A stretch of 64,000 nucleotides of DNA from Paraspadella gotoi. Lineage: Eukaryota > Animalia > Chaetognatha. The position numbers and the translations under genes were made by a program. Below are positions 24,750 to 38,127 of this stretch, piece after piece. Positions within the stretch are counted from its first letter, which is position 1, and each line of letters opens with the position of its first letter. The stretch spans positions 14,056,552 to 14,120,551 of the forward strand of contig CM119269.1 in assembly GCA_051294375.1 (NCBI GenBank). Reading direction: 5' to 3'. Below the pieces are notes generated by a model, which was not told the DNA's origin, did no database searches, and worked only from the letters and a program-made list of their open reading frames with translations.

Positions 24750-27700
24750 TCAAAAAGAAACCAGATCGGCGAAGGGATCGTTGGGCTTCGTTTCAGCGTA
24801 TTTCTTCTCGCGCGCCGGAGGTTTCGGCAGAGTCGGCGGCTTCGGCAACGTCAGCGGTTTCCGAGTTGGCGTCGGCGGCAACGCGGGACGCGATGGGCGT
24901 TCTTGCGTCGTCGTCGTCGAGACGCTGGATCCCATCAAATTCCACTCTTCCAGAAGACGTTCGTCATCTGCTTTAAGCCTCGACGTACCAACTCCGTAAG
25001 TTGAAGAGGCGTTCATCGCGGAAGAAGAGTTGTCTTCTGCCCAAAATGCGGTATTCGTCTGCCGCCATGACTGAGCCTGCTGTTGCGGCTGCGGAAAAAG
25101 AAAAGAAGACTGCGCAAAGAGAGAATTGTTGTTTCCGGATAGGCGGTTCAAGGCGGGGTCGACCGTCTCGGGGCGACTAGAAGTGCAGACTCTTCGAAGG
25201 GCCGAGTGAGAGGAGAGAGACGAAGTGATCGCCGGTGAGTAAACCGAAGCGGATCTCGGAGGAACGACCGTCCCCGCGTTGTATAATGGATTTGCAAAAT
25301 TCCTTCCCGGCAATGAACCGTCCGTCCCTCGATAGAGAGGATTGAGAAAGTTTTTTCCCGGCAATTGAGATGTAGACGAAGACGAATCGGTTCTAGCCAC
25401 GAGACGATCGACAGCGGATCCAGAAGCCAAAGGATCGAAGTCGGCCGTGGTGAGACTCGCGAGGGATTTGGAGGCATTGGCCAGCGCAGTTTCTTCGGCG
25501 CCAAAGCTAATAAGTTCGACCGGGTGTTCGCCCGACCGTCCAGGAACGACGCTATCTGGTAATTCGGGCGTCTGCGTCAATGATCCGGTCCTTTTGCGAC
25601 GCGGCGGAGGAACGGGCGCAGAGATACCTGGAATTAGAACTTCCTGCGGCTGTTCATCTCTATTTTGCGGCTGCTGTTGTTGCTGCTCCCATTCACGGTT
25701 CTTCATTGATGTTCGTTTGGGTGGAATCTTGGGTTTATCGTCGGCGTTGACGTTTCCGACATCGATCAAACCAACTATGTCGGGATCATCGATGAGGTTA
25801 AGCCCGACTCGAGGAAACGAATCCCCAGACGGAAGTGGTGGTCGCAGTGGGCGTGGCGTTGGGCTCTTCACGCTGGTAGAGGAATTGACGACGTCCTTCT
25901 CCGCCTCATCATAACTCTCTTCGCCCTCAGCATCGTTGCAATCATCGTCATCATCGTCGAAGAGAACATCGTACTTGCGTGTTTCTTTTATCGATTCTTC
26001 CGTCGTGTCACCGCGGTGAGTTGCAGAACGCTCCGAGGATGATGCTAGGTTGGCGCTTCGCGGGCGTAGATCCTCTTGGGAAGAGAAAGCGGCCTGACGG
26101 TGTGGTCGCGTGGCGACGTAGCTGGTAGCCGGACGAGGAGGACGCAGGACCGGGGAGTTTGGCGCAGAATTGGTGAGTCCGACAGCCGGAGAACCGAGGC
26201 CAGTCTTCTCTAAACTGCCGCCGCTGCCTCCCGACGAGCGACCGTCCTTAATTTCCTTGGCCGAATTACGGAACCGTTCCATTAGGAGATGATCGTCGAA
26301 ACCTCCCTTGACCGTTGAGGTTAATTCCTTGACTTTTCCTTTCAGCTTTTGCCCGCTCTTGGCGCCCGCTTGGCGAACGCCCTTGCCCGCGCGCTTGAGA
26401 CGGCGACCAAGACTCTTTCCGTTGGACTTGAGCCACGCCTGATATCGATCTCCAGCTTTGTGTCCAATCTCGAAGGCAGAACATTCGCGCTCGAAGACGT
26501 CGCGCTCGTCGCAAAATCCGTCGCCCAGGTTGAGCATGTCGAGGCGGCCCTCGACGAACTGGCGAAAGATCTGAAGGTGAAGAAGGGACTCGAGGAAGGG
26601 TCGGACGTCCGATGGTCGCGAGGCGAGGAAGGCCGCGTCGTCGAACTCGATCTCACTGTCGGGACGAAACGTCAGCGCCTCTCGGTATCCGCCGATGAGA
26701 GTGACTGTGGCGCGGAGAAAGGCGCGAGCGATCACGTCACCGCCTGCGTAAGAGTTTTTGAGTCTCTTGCGGAGGTCGACGGCGACGACGTCGGGCAGAG
26801 ACGCCGCATCCTCGTATTCCGATTCCACGAGATTCCGATCGAGGTCGACGACGACGGCGTCGCCCAACATCGCCGTCGAATTCTTGATGCGCGTCTCGAA
26901 GAGGCGAGTCTCCACGCCGATGAGAAAGGGGATCGGGGCTGAGACGTAGTCGACCAGCGACTCGGGCAGAAGTGGGATTAGAATGTGCTGCCAGTGCATG
27001 GGGTAGATGAGGGATTCGGCGGCGAAGACGCAAGCGGTGAGTTTTCGGAGACTTTTGCAGACGAAAAGGAGGCGCCGTTCGTGCAGCATTGCAGCAAAGA
27101 TGGCGACCATGTGACGAGTTTCAAGCGAATAGTATTGCGTCATGTTGGGATCGGCCGGAACGGCTGGGAGACGGTTTCGCGGGTCCGGCGCCCTGAGGGA
27201 AAAAGCCTCCTCGCCAACGAAGAATTGTTCCTCGACATCTGGCGGCAGAGGTGGATATTCATAGAGGCGACGTAAAAGTTCGAAGGCGTCGTCATTCCCA
27301 CCATTGTTGCGGTTACGGAGCTCAGCGATTGCGTCCAAAAGTTTGGGGAAAGCGTCGTGCCAAGGTAAGAAGGTGACGAGAAGAGCGACTCGCGCATCCC
27401 CGCTCACGGACGAAGACCGACGGCAGAACCCGAACATTAGAATCCCGTCCACGCCCGTCTTGACAAAGGTGTAGTGCTGGACAGCGACAGAGGATCCCTC
27501 GTCCGGCGTTCCCAGCGAAGGCGTTGACGGGAAAGCGAATGAAGGAGCAGCCTTGAGAACGTCTTCGTCGTCGTAGTCGGAAGGGAATCTGCTGAGGATC
27601 CGTGATGGTGGCTGTGAATGAGTTGTTGAAGTCTCCAGCGATATTTCGAGAAAGACCTCGAAATGGCGGCGGACATCGGCTTGAAGTCGTGAGCCTCTGA

Positions 27701-27779
27701 TGACTCTCGAACGACGACCGTCGACAGCGCATGTTTTTGACGAGGGTGCGATTATAACGGGGCTCGGTTCGGCGGGCAT
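24750..27779 (-). CDS. DENND1: DENN domain-containing protein 1 (connecdenn, Rab35 GEF), single exon, 1009 aa
   Basis: Contains uDENN (FPSDYDDEDVLKAAPSFAFP, QHYTFV, FGFCR), cDENN (AAMLHERRLL, IYPMHWQHILIPLLP, SAPIPFLIGV) and dDENN (ARAFLRA..LIGGYREAL, LQIFRQFVEGRLDMLNLGDGF.D). The disordered tail has adaptor/clathrin-type motifs (DFDPL, LISF, NDPFADL). Confidence 0.93.
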   Translation of the reverse strand: MPAEPSPVIIAPSSKTCAVDGRRSRVIRGSRLQADVRRHFEVFLEISLETSTTHSQPPSRILSRFPSDYDDEDVLKAAPSFAFPSTPSLGTPDEGSSVAVQHYTFVKTGVDGILMFGFCRRSSSVSGDARVALLVTFLPWHDAFPKLLDAIAELRNRNNGGNDDAFELLRRLYEYPPLPPDVEEQFFVGEEAFSLRAPDPRNRLPAVPADPNMTQYYSLETRHMVAIFAAMLHERRLLFVCKSLRKLTACVFAAESLIYPMHWQHILIPLLPESLVDYVSAPIPFLIGVETRLFETRIKNSTAMLGDAVVVDLDRNLVESEYEDAASLPDVVAVDLRKRLKNSYAGGDVIARAFLRATVTLIGGYREALTFRPDSEIEFDDAAFLASRPSDVRPFLESLLHLQIFRQFVEGRLDMLNLGDGFCDERDVFERECSAFEIGHKAGDRYQAWLKSNGKSLGRRLKRAGKGVRQAGAKSGQKLKGKVKELTSTVKGGFDDHLLMERFRNSAKEIKDGRSSGGSGGSLEKTGLGSPAVGLTNSAPNSPVLRPPRPATSYVATRPHRQAAFSSQEDLRPRSANLASSSERSATHRGDTTEESIKETRKYDVLFDDDDDDCNDAEGEESYDEAEKDVVNSSTSVKSPTPRPLRPPLPSGDSFPRVGLNLIDDPDIVGLIDVGNVNADDKPKIPPKRTSMKNREWEQQQQQPQNRDEQPQEVLIPGISAPVPPPRRKRTGSLTQTPELPDSVVPGRSGEHPVELISFGAEETALANASKSLASLTTADFDPLASGSAVDRLVARTDSSSSTSQLPGKNFLNPLYRGTDGSLPGRNFANPLYNAGTVVPPRSASVYSPAITSSLSSHSALRRVCTSSRPETVDPALNRLSGNNNSLFAQSSFLFPQPQQQAQSWRQTNTAFWAEDNSSSAMNASSTYGVGTSRLKADDERLLEEWNLMGSSVSTTTTQERPSRPALPPTPTRKPLTLPKPPTLPKPPAREKKYAETKPNDPFADLVSF

Positions 27780-28290
27780 CTCGGCCTAGGACGCCGTCGC
27801 CTCGATATAGCCCTTAGTAAAAGAGTGCCATCGGTCACAACAAACTTCAAAGGGCGCGGTGTTTTGCGGCGAGTACAGTATTACATTTTTTGAAGAACTT
27901 CACTCATTTTGATCATTTCCATTCAGATCCTATATTAAAAATTAATTAGAAAAGACTCGAGTCAAATTTTTAACATGTGGTAAAATATAAAATGGTGAAT
28001 CATAATGCCTTCATTAAATAATTAAAACGCCCACTTGAAAAAAAAATATTAGAGATTTTAACCACATCTTTATTTTAAAATCATAAAAGCTTTTATTATG
28101 ACTAGCACTTCAGGGGAAAATTTATTCTGTTAAGATTATCAACATAGTCAATTTTATATGACATAAACATTGAGTAGAGAAACCTGCTGAACATACCAGT
28201 AAAAAAATTATATTCCTTAATACGGCCATAACAATTGTTTCTTTACATTTTTATGCTCGATTCGGTCCGCATCCGCTAAAGAATTGTCTT

Positions 28291-28303
28291 GTCGCTAGGC
28301 AAC
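28291..28303 (+). promoter_or_regulatory. RFX X-box-like motif GTCGCTAGGCAAC (duplicate at 18994-19006)
   Basis: One mismatch from the 13-bp X-box form GTTGCTAGGCAAC, with a perfect GGCAAC half-site. It lies in the divergent DENND1/EPSTI1 interval, ~240 bp upstream of the first ATG of a run of ciliary genes. Confidence 0.6.
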
Positions 28304-28541
28304 CGAATAACATGTCAAACGTCAAACGTTGAAAAATATTGTCCGAAAATTATGTTTGATTTGATCAATCTAAGAAAATTTAACTACACTTTTTTATAAT
28401 CTATTTGTAATACAATATATGCAATATCTTTCGTTTTTTTAATTTTGTGTGTATCGCTTTCCGCCCTTTTCGAAATATGGGGTTACTTTTTTTGCAAGTA
28501 AAATAGTTTTGAGAATGGGACCCATCGCGTAAATATGAAAC

Positions 28542-29250
28542 ATGTCCAAAACTAGAGAATCAACATCAGGTGTTACCAAAACCAACACCAACGCGAAAGA
28601 TCTTCAACCTAAGTAAGTCAGACATTTTTTCAGTTGTCAGTTTTAGTATGAGTGTAATTAAAATTAGTATTTTTAGAGAGCGCTTTCGTTCGAGGGAGGC
28701 GAACGTTTCAACAAATGAAATTTCTAAAGGTGCTTACACGGTATTCCAGCCAAACGAAAAAAAGCGAGCGGCGATTTTACGTCAGGCACGGAAACCATAC
28801 TCATCTAACACAATGCCTAATCAATCCTTAATCAAAGTTTACTAATTCCAGGCAAGGAGAGAGGAAATTTCTTACGAAAAACATAAGCAATCGAGAAGAC
28901 TTGGATCAATTATCGAAACACCTCGTCGCCTTGGAGGTGGAATATCAGATATAAATGGTGTGTATCTTCAGAAATTCCCTATCTTGATGTTAAACTGATC
29001 CTCATTCATGTTTTTTGAAGGGGCGCGATTAAGACAGCAGCGCGAGTCGAGTCGTGGCCCTAACCTCGCAGCTCAAAGGGCGCGCGAATTGAGAGAGACT
29101 GAGAGAAAAGAAGAAGAGCTCGAGTATAGTCGCAAGAAAGAGGAAGCAAGAAAGAAGGCTAAGGAAAATGACAAAAAGAAGACAGGAATGGGGTCTGCAC
29201 CTAACGCCGAAGAACTAAGAAGAAGAAGACTTGAGCATTTAGGAATTTGA
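28542..29250 (+). CDS. EPSTI1: Epithelial-stromal interaction protein 1-like coiled-coil protein (4 exons)
   Basis: Spliced MSKTRESTSG...DLQPK|ERFRS...KGAYTVFQPNEKKRAAILRQ|ARREEISYEKHKQSRRLGSIIETPRRLGGGISDIN|GARLRQQRE...; GAYT..PN..R and PRRLGG match my recollection of vertebrate EPSTI1. Intron 2 needs a GC donor. Confidence 0.7.
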
Positions 29251-29464
29251 TTCCGACATTTATTAATTAATACTATTTATAATTTTATATACAAGAAATT
29301 GTTTTTGAGGCTTAGCACGCCGCCCATGCAGTTGCCTTTTTCTAGAGAGCGCAATGCAAAAAACTTGAGAAGCCTATGAAATCGAAATGAAGCAAAAGGC
29401 AAAGCGGAAGGAACGCTGATAGTGTCGCTGGAACGAAACCTTCAAAGACGACAGCGACGACGCC

Positions 29465-32025
29465 ATGGCAGAATCGGTGCGAGTCATCTGTCGGGCGCGT
29501 CCCCTCAACACCCGAGAGCGCAAACTTGGATGCAAGGAAGTCCTCAAGATGGACAGTGAAATCGGTCAGGTTAGTCTCAACTCGCGTTATGTTCATGTAG
29601 TTGTTACTGGGTAAATGGAAATTTGCAACTTGCTACGTATCTAAATAACATTGATATTTTGGGTAAATGAAAACGAAAAATGAATAAAAATGGATACCAA
29701 TCGTTTTTGCAGAAAACAAGCGGTGAATATCAGGTTCGATATCATTAGGGAAAGTTGTTAGCTGTAGTAGTAGTTCTTTTTTATAGCTTTTTGCGCTTTT
29801 ATCCACAGAACGATTTCGTTCGATACTCGGTGAGTTACCACAGGTTTCGGGATTCCATTGCATTTTCAGCTCGAGCTCTAGGATAGTGCTTGCTTTTTGC
29901 TCGACTGACATGGCTACTGTTGCTACTAATCTGTTAACGAACTATTTTATACATACCCCGTGAGCCAAATCCACTAACACGATAAGTTTGATTTTTTTTT
30001 GCATGACCCTTTTAGTGACAAATTATTTTTTTTTAAATTTTATATGTGATAGTTTGGGACTTCAGAACAACTGCATTACTCCCCTCCGCTTGACTTGACT
30101 TGATTCTTTTGGTAAAAAAAATTGATGCAGTTGATTGTGTGTTGTATTGAATTATATTTTTTTGAAACTACCCAAGTTGTAAAAGGAAAACCAAATCATA
30201 CTCTTAGCCACAGCTGCTTTTAATACTTTCCAGGTTTAACTTCCTAATTATGGTCAGCGCACACGGATCTGCATCTTTTATTTTATCCCAAATTTTGATG
30301 CTAAGCTGCTTAAATTGCTTGTCCAAAGGCTTGAGAATGAATCTCTTATAAAACAACTGCTTGTAGAAGACAATAAAGAATAATGAAAGTATACTGTAAT
30401 CTTGATACTGAATTAAAAATTATTCATTGCGCTTGATTATGAAGAGATGCGATGAGCCATTAATTTGACGTCTTTGACATCTTCAAAAAAATCAATTAAA
30501 ATTAAATTTTATTATCAAACATTTTTCTATTTATTAAAAAAAAAGCTTACAATTTTATCGATACAGTAAACTATGGCATTGATTTCTTTCGTGTCACTGG
30601 ATTTGGATCACCGGGTATTATTTAATGTATCTCCATCTGTCTCAATGTCTCTTTATCTCTCTTTCTCTAGCTCTCTGAACGCTAGCCTCTAAAACAGTAT
30701 TGTCACGCCATATCGATCCCAGCTTTCATATCGATTCCTCGATGCAAGTTGCACCGGTTATCCTCAATCCCCATCCTCCAATCATCCAGATCGCCATCGT
30801 GAACCCGGCAGACGAAAAGGTCCCTCCGAAGACGTTCACTTTCGACGGCGTCTACGGTATCGGGTCAACGACTGAGCAGATCTACGCTGACGTTGGATTT
30901 CCACTTGTCGAAAGCGTCATGGAGGGTTACAACGGAACAGGTTCTTAGGGGGAGGCATTCAATTAAGAACTGTCTAAATGAAGACATAGAGGTCGAGTTA
31001 TCTTTTATTTACTTTATGGATGACAGTCATTGCTTTTATCGATTAGATGGAACGTTGATCGAGGTTTGTCTTCTTTTTAAAACAGTTTTCGCTTACGGTC
31101 AAACCGGATGTGGGAAGTCTTTTACAATGCAAGGAGTGAACGATCCCCCAAGTCAAAGAGGAATAATTCCTAGGTTCGAAGACGTTTAATGTAATACTTT
31201 GTCAATTTTATCAGTTTTATCGTGGAAACGGTAAATATTTCTTTTCAACCTTTTTCAGAGCCTTTGAGCACATCTTTGAAGCCATAAACGTCGCAGAGTC
31301 GACTAAATTCCTCGTCCACGGTTCTTACTGCGAGATTTACAACGAAGAGATCCGCGACCTGCTCGGCAAAAACGCCAAGGCCAAACTCGACCTCAAGGAG
31401 CATCCAGAGAAGGGCGTTTACGTGCACGGTCTTACCCTGCACGCCGTCAACTCGGTCGCAGAGTGCAAGGTGCTCATGGAAAAAGGTAAGGAAGTGAGTT
31501 AAAATGTTAAATTCTATAAATCTTAAATTCATATTATAATTACCGAAATAAATACATGTTCGGGATTCGCCATTATTTTTCAATCACGCACATGAGACTT
31601 AAAAATTGATTTTTTTTTCACCTTTCCTTTCACAGGGTGGAGTCAGCGCGCTGTCGGCGAGACGTTGATGAACGCTGACTCGTCACGGTCCCACTCTATT
31701 TTCACCATCAACATGGAGATGTGCGACCAGGAGGAAAATGGTGAAGAGAAGTACAAAGGAGCCAAGCTGAATCTTGTTGATCTTGCGGGTGAGGGCGTCG
31801 TCTTCGTTGTCGTTGATCCCGTTGACACTGACAATGTTCATTGTCCAATCCCGCGTTAGGTTCTGAGCGTCAAGCGAAGACGGGTGCGACAGGCGAGAGG
31901 TTGAAAGAAGCCACGAAGATCAACCTTTCACTGTCGGCCCTGGGAAACGTCATTTCCGCTTTGGTAGACGGCAAAGCCAAACACATACCCTATCGGTATG
32001 CTTATCGCGCTCTGTCGGTTTGGTT

Positions 32026-32106
<81 letters not shown>

Positions 32107-35100
32107 ACCTTTCAATATTATTAACGGCAATAACGCTTCTCTTCAAGGGACTCGAAATTAACGCGCCTTCTCCAGGATTCCCTGGGAGGCAACACGAAGA
32201 CCCTGATGGTGCCGCACTTTCTCCCGCCGATAACAACTACGACGAGACACTCTTAAGTTAAGGTTCGATCCCCGCCTCTGATCTGACGGAAAAAATTCTT
32301 GATCGATCATTGATATTTTTCCTGTAGATACGCTAATCGGGCGAAGAACATTAAGAACAAACCCAAAATAAACGAAGACCCGAAAGACGCCCTCCTGCGC
32401 GAATATCAGGATGAGATCAAACGGCTGAAGGCGATGCTGGCGGCGTCGGGTCCCGGCGCTGTCCCACTTTCACCGCCGCCGCCGCAGACGCCTCGACCGG
32501 CGCAGCCGCAAACCAAAGTCGTAGAGGTCGAAAAAATAGTCACCGTCGCCAACCAAGAGGCTATCGATCGGGAGAAACAGCTACTTAGGTGAAATTCAAT
32601 AATAGATTATTTGGTTAATTGTTAAGGGTTTGATTTAATTGTCTTCAATGTATATATTTTTATTTTAATCTGGTAGGGACGAATACGAGGAAAAATTAGC
32701 TGAGCTTCGTCGGGAATTCGAAGCGGAGAGAAGCTCAAAAACGCATCTTCAACAAGAGGTCGATAAGATCCAGAACGATTATGAATTGGTTAGTGCATCA
32801 GAGAGAGAGAGAGAGGAAAAGAGATAGAGATAACTATGTTTGATACGTATCTATTTATCTATATGATCAATTCTGTTTCTCTCAGAAAATGTCAGATTAC
32901 ATACGTGAAGAGGCCAAGAAACAGGAGCAGATTCAAAAGCAAAAAGCGGAAGAGATGATGGAAGAATTACGGAGGGACATGGCGCAGGTTATACATAAAA
33001 CAATCTTTAATTTTCTTTAAAAAAAAAAATAATAAAAATAAATATTAAACAGAACGCTCCGTCTCTTTCGGCGACCGAGCAAAACCAAAAATCTGAAGGC
33101 GAAGACGGTACCGAGAAGAGTGGAGACATGTTAGGTAAGTCCCCATTTTTGTTTGCTCTGTCAACTCGTTTGGTCCTTGACCGTGATTGTGTGAAAGAAA
33201 CGGGAACAGTGCCAACTGCATGACTGTCAGCTTATCTTTTCTTCTTTTCTGAACTTTGTCTTTTTTTTATAATTTTTTCTTGACCACAGATCCTTTCGTC
33301 TCTTCGCCAACGACTGCGCCTACCTCGAGTCCCGAGCCGTCGCTCGACGCAGCTTTAGGAATAGCGCCACCGGAGACGAACTTGGTGCAGGCGGAGGCGG
33401 CGCTGCAGCGGTTGCAGGAGCTTCAGCTCAAATTGGTCGGCGGGGAGATGAAGGGGGACGACGAAATAAAGGAAAAGAGGAAGAAAAAAATGTCGCACGC
33501 GCAAAAAAGGTTGTTTATATGTTTTTTGTGTCTCTCTCTTTCAACTTTTATTCTCATTTTCCCTCCTGATCTTCTCACATCCCCCCCCCCCGCTTTCGCT
33601 TTCCCTAGGAAGTTAAAGTTGATGCAGGCGATCGAGAAGATGGAGGACGACGGGATCCTCATCAAAACCTACGAGAACATTCACGAGGAGTTGCGCGTCA
33701 AGACGCAGAAGCTACGCACTAAAACGGAGGAAGTCGACAAGCTGCAGAGCGAGATCTCCGATCTTCAGTCAGAGTTTGAGTTCGACCGCATCGATTATTT
33801 GGCCACGATTCGCCAGCAGGTTTCGTTGCCGATCGAGTGAAAATTTATTTTCTTTATTATTAATAAATGCTGTACATGGCTGTATGTGCTGGTTTTAAAT
33901 TACTTCAGGACAAACAGATGAAGCTCCTGACCTCGATGCTGGAGCGATTGGCCCCCACAGTTCGTCGCGACTGCAATTACAGCAATTTGGACCGCATCAA
34001 GATGGAATCCTCCTGGAACGAAGAGGCGGGAGAGTGGTCTCTGCCAGAAATCAAGATCGAGAAAACCAGCTTACCTTCGACGGGTGAGTGAATATTTTTT
34101 TAAAATGCCGCTTTAACATGCCGCTTTTATGTTAAGGATAACAGTAGAATGTAAAACTATAAACCGGCTTCATAACAGAATAATCCTTAACCATTTGTTT
34201 AACCTTTCTTTCGTTCCTTGGCCAAGACAAAACGAATGGCAAAGCAAGTAAGTTCTGTTTTTAACCCGTTGTGACAATCTCGGCTCACCCCTTAGTCAGT
34301 AACTTCTAATTTAATAAATTAACATCGAAAGTTTAATCTACAAATAAGAACCGCGACGGCGTAGCTTTATTAGAGAAGTTTTATATTTCTTGATTAGTTA
34401 CTTGCTAAATTAGGTAGTTTTTTAATTACTTAGGTATCATGCCGGGTGGACGACCCTTGGGTCCTCATGTCTCCAGCTCCTTTCCTCATTCGCCGCGAGG
34501 GGCGTTGAACACGCAGCAGATCGACGCAGATACAAGCTTGCAAGAAGACAGGTTTTGTCATGGGATATTGGTCGATTTTGGTCCTACTATGACCTAATTA
34601 TTTTTCCCTTTTCATTTTTAAAAATATTTTTACCTTTTTCCATTTTTAACTTTATTATATTCACTTTTTTCATTTCAGGTACCTTCAACGCTTGCAGCAA
34701 CGACAAAACGGAGAAGATGCAGCCGATTACTTTAAAAACAAGCGAGCGGAGCAGTTGCTCGGTGACATGCGATCTACGATTCAAAACGGGTTAAAGTTGA
34801 ATTCTTCCCTTCAATATTTATTTCCCCCATTTTTCTCGTCCTTTTCTTTTATGTTTCCTTTCTTTTCTTTCTTTGGGTAGTGCTCTTTCCGTCCCCTCGC
34901 CACGTTCCTCTAGCCTTTGGGGCTCTAGCGGCGGCGGTTCTCCCGGCGCTGCTTTCCTCGGCGGCGGTTCTGGGGCGTTTTCTTTCAACCGCGACGGAGA
35001 GACGTCGTCCCCGGCCTTCAATGGCGTCGCCGGCAGAGGCGCTGGATCGCCTGACGTTGGAATGTCTGCTCGACCTGGAATTAAACTGGAGGCGTTGCCG

Positions 35101-35163
35101 CCGCGATCCACAACAGCCAAGAAGAAGAAAAGCCGAAAACCCAATGCGCTCGAACCCTTGTGA
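29465..35163 (+). CDS. KIF17: Homodimeric kinesin-2 KIF17/OSM-3 (multi-exon; apparent 1-bp sequencing indels near 32210-32260)
   Basis: [151 protein letters not shown]; basic tail ending [14 protein letters not shown] as in KIF17. Confidence 0.95.
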
Positions 35164-35640
35164 CTGTCGCCCAGAGAACGAAAGAGGGAAAGATGAGAGT
35201 CGGGAATTTTCAGCGGCGTTCGTAGTTTTTTGATGTCGTGTCATAGTCAGCCTAGTCACTTTTAGAAATGATCCTTGCCATGGGAGTAAAAAGACGCCGC
35301 CGTTCGGTTCACCCCAACTCTCTTCCTGACCCTGTCAATTTTTATTCTCACGGCGGTCACGCCATCCTTTTACGAGGACCCTCACCAAACGAAACTTCCC
35401 ACACGTTAATTTATTCTTTGTTGGAACCCCGTTACGTTAAAAAAAAAAGAAACGAAAATGGACACGAACATTTTTTTTTAGAAATAGAAAGCGTTTTAGA
35501 TTAAAAAAAAAAGATCTGCCACTTACTGCAGTAGAAACCTTTTATTTGCGTATACGTATACACCGTGAATTCAAAAAATGTATCGTTTCTTTCCATATCT
35601 AATCATGTTTAAGGAATTTTTTTGACTTTTTATAACTGCG

Positions 35641-37912
<2,272 letters not shown>

Positions 37913-38127
37913 CAAGCACGCGGCTGGTCGGCATATTTTATTTTAGTTCGTTTTTTTTTCGATTAAATTTGACCATGATTTCGTGTATCTATAATATTTT
38001 ATCTATTTTTTATAGTTTATTATTCACGTTAATGTAAAAATATTGAAGAAAAAGTAGATAACGTCACGTGACCGAAAACACCTTTGAACTAAATCAAAAA
38101 AGAAGCAAAAAACATAAAAATCTGAAA

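Larger units (their letters stand above)
11530..29992. repeat. 9.2 kb head-to-tail segmental duplication (copy A 11530-20718, copy B 20729-29992)
   Basis: Both copies start ACGTAACTTAAGACTTACTATCGTCAAAGACG and end CTAACACGATAAGTT(T)GAT. They are collinear throughout and differ mainly by single-base indels. Confidence 0.97.

Noticed and set aside
25148-27732. Many overlapping short ORFs within DENND1 (and within Spire, 48133-50007)
   Set aside because: Alternative-frame or antisense ORFs expected in GC-rich coding DNA; no independent gene signals.
32205-32265. Frameshifts in the KIF17 motor domain ([20 protein letters not shown] region) as programmed frameshift or pseudogenisation
   Set aside because: The rest of the gene is intact and conserved, and the assembly shows abundant 1-bp indel errors nearby, so sequencing error is more likely.
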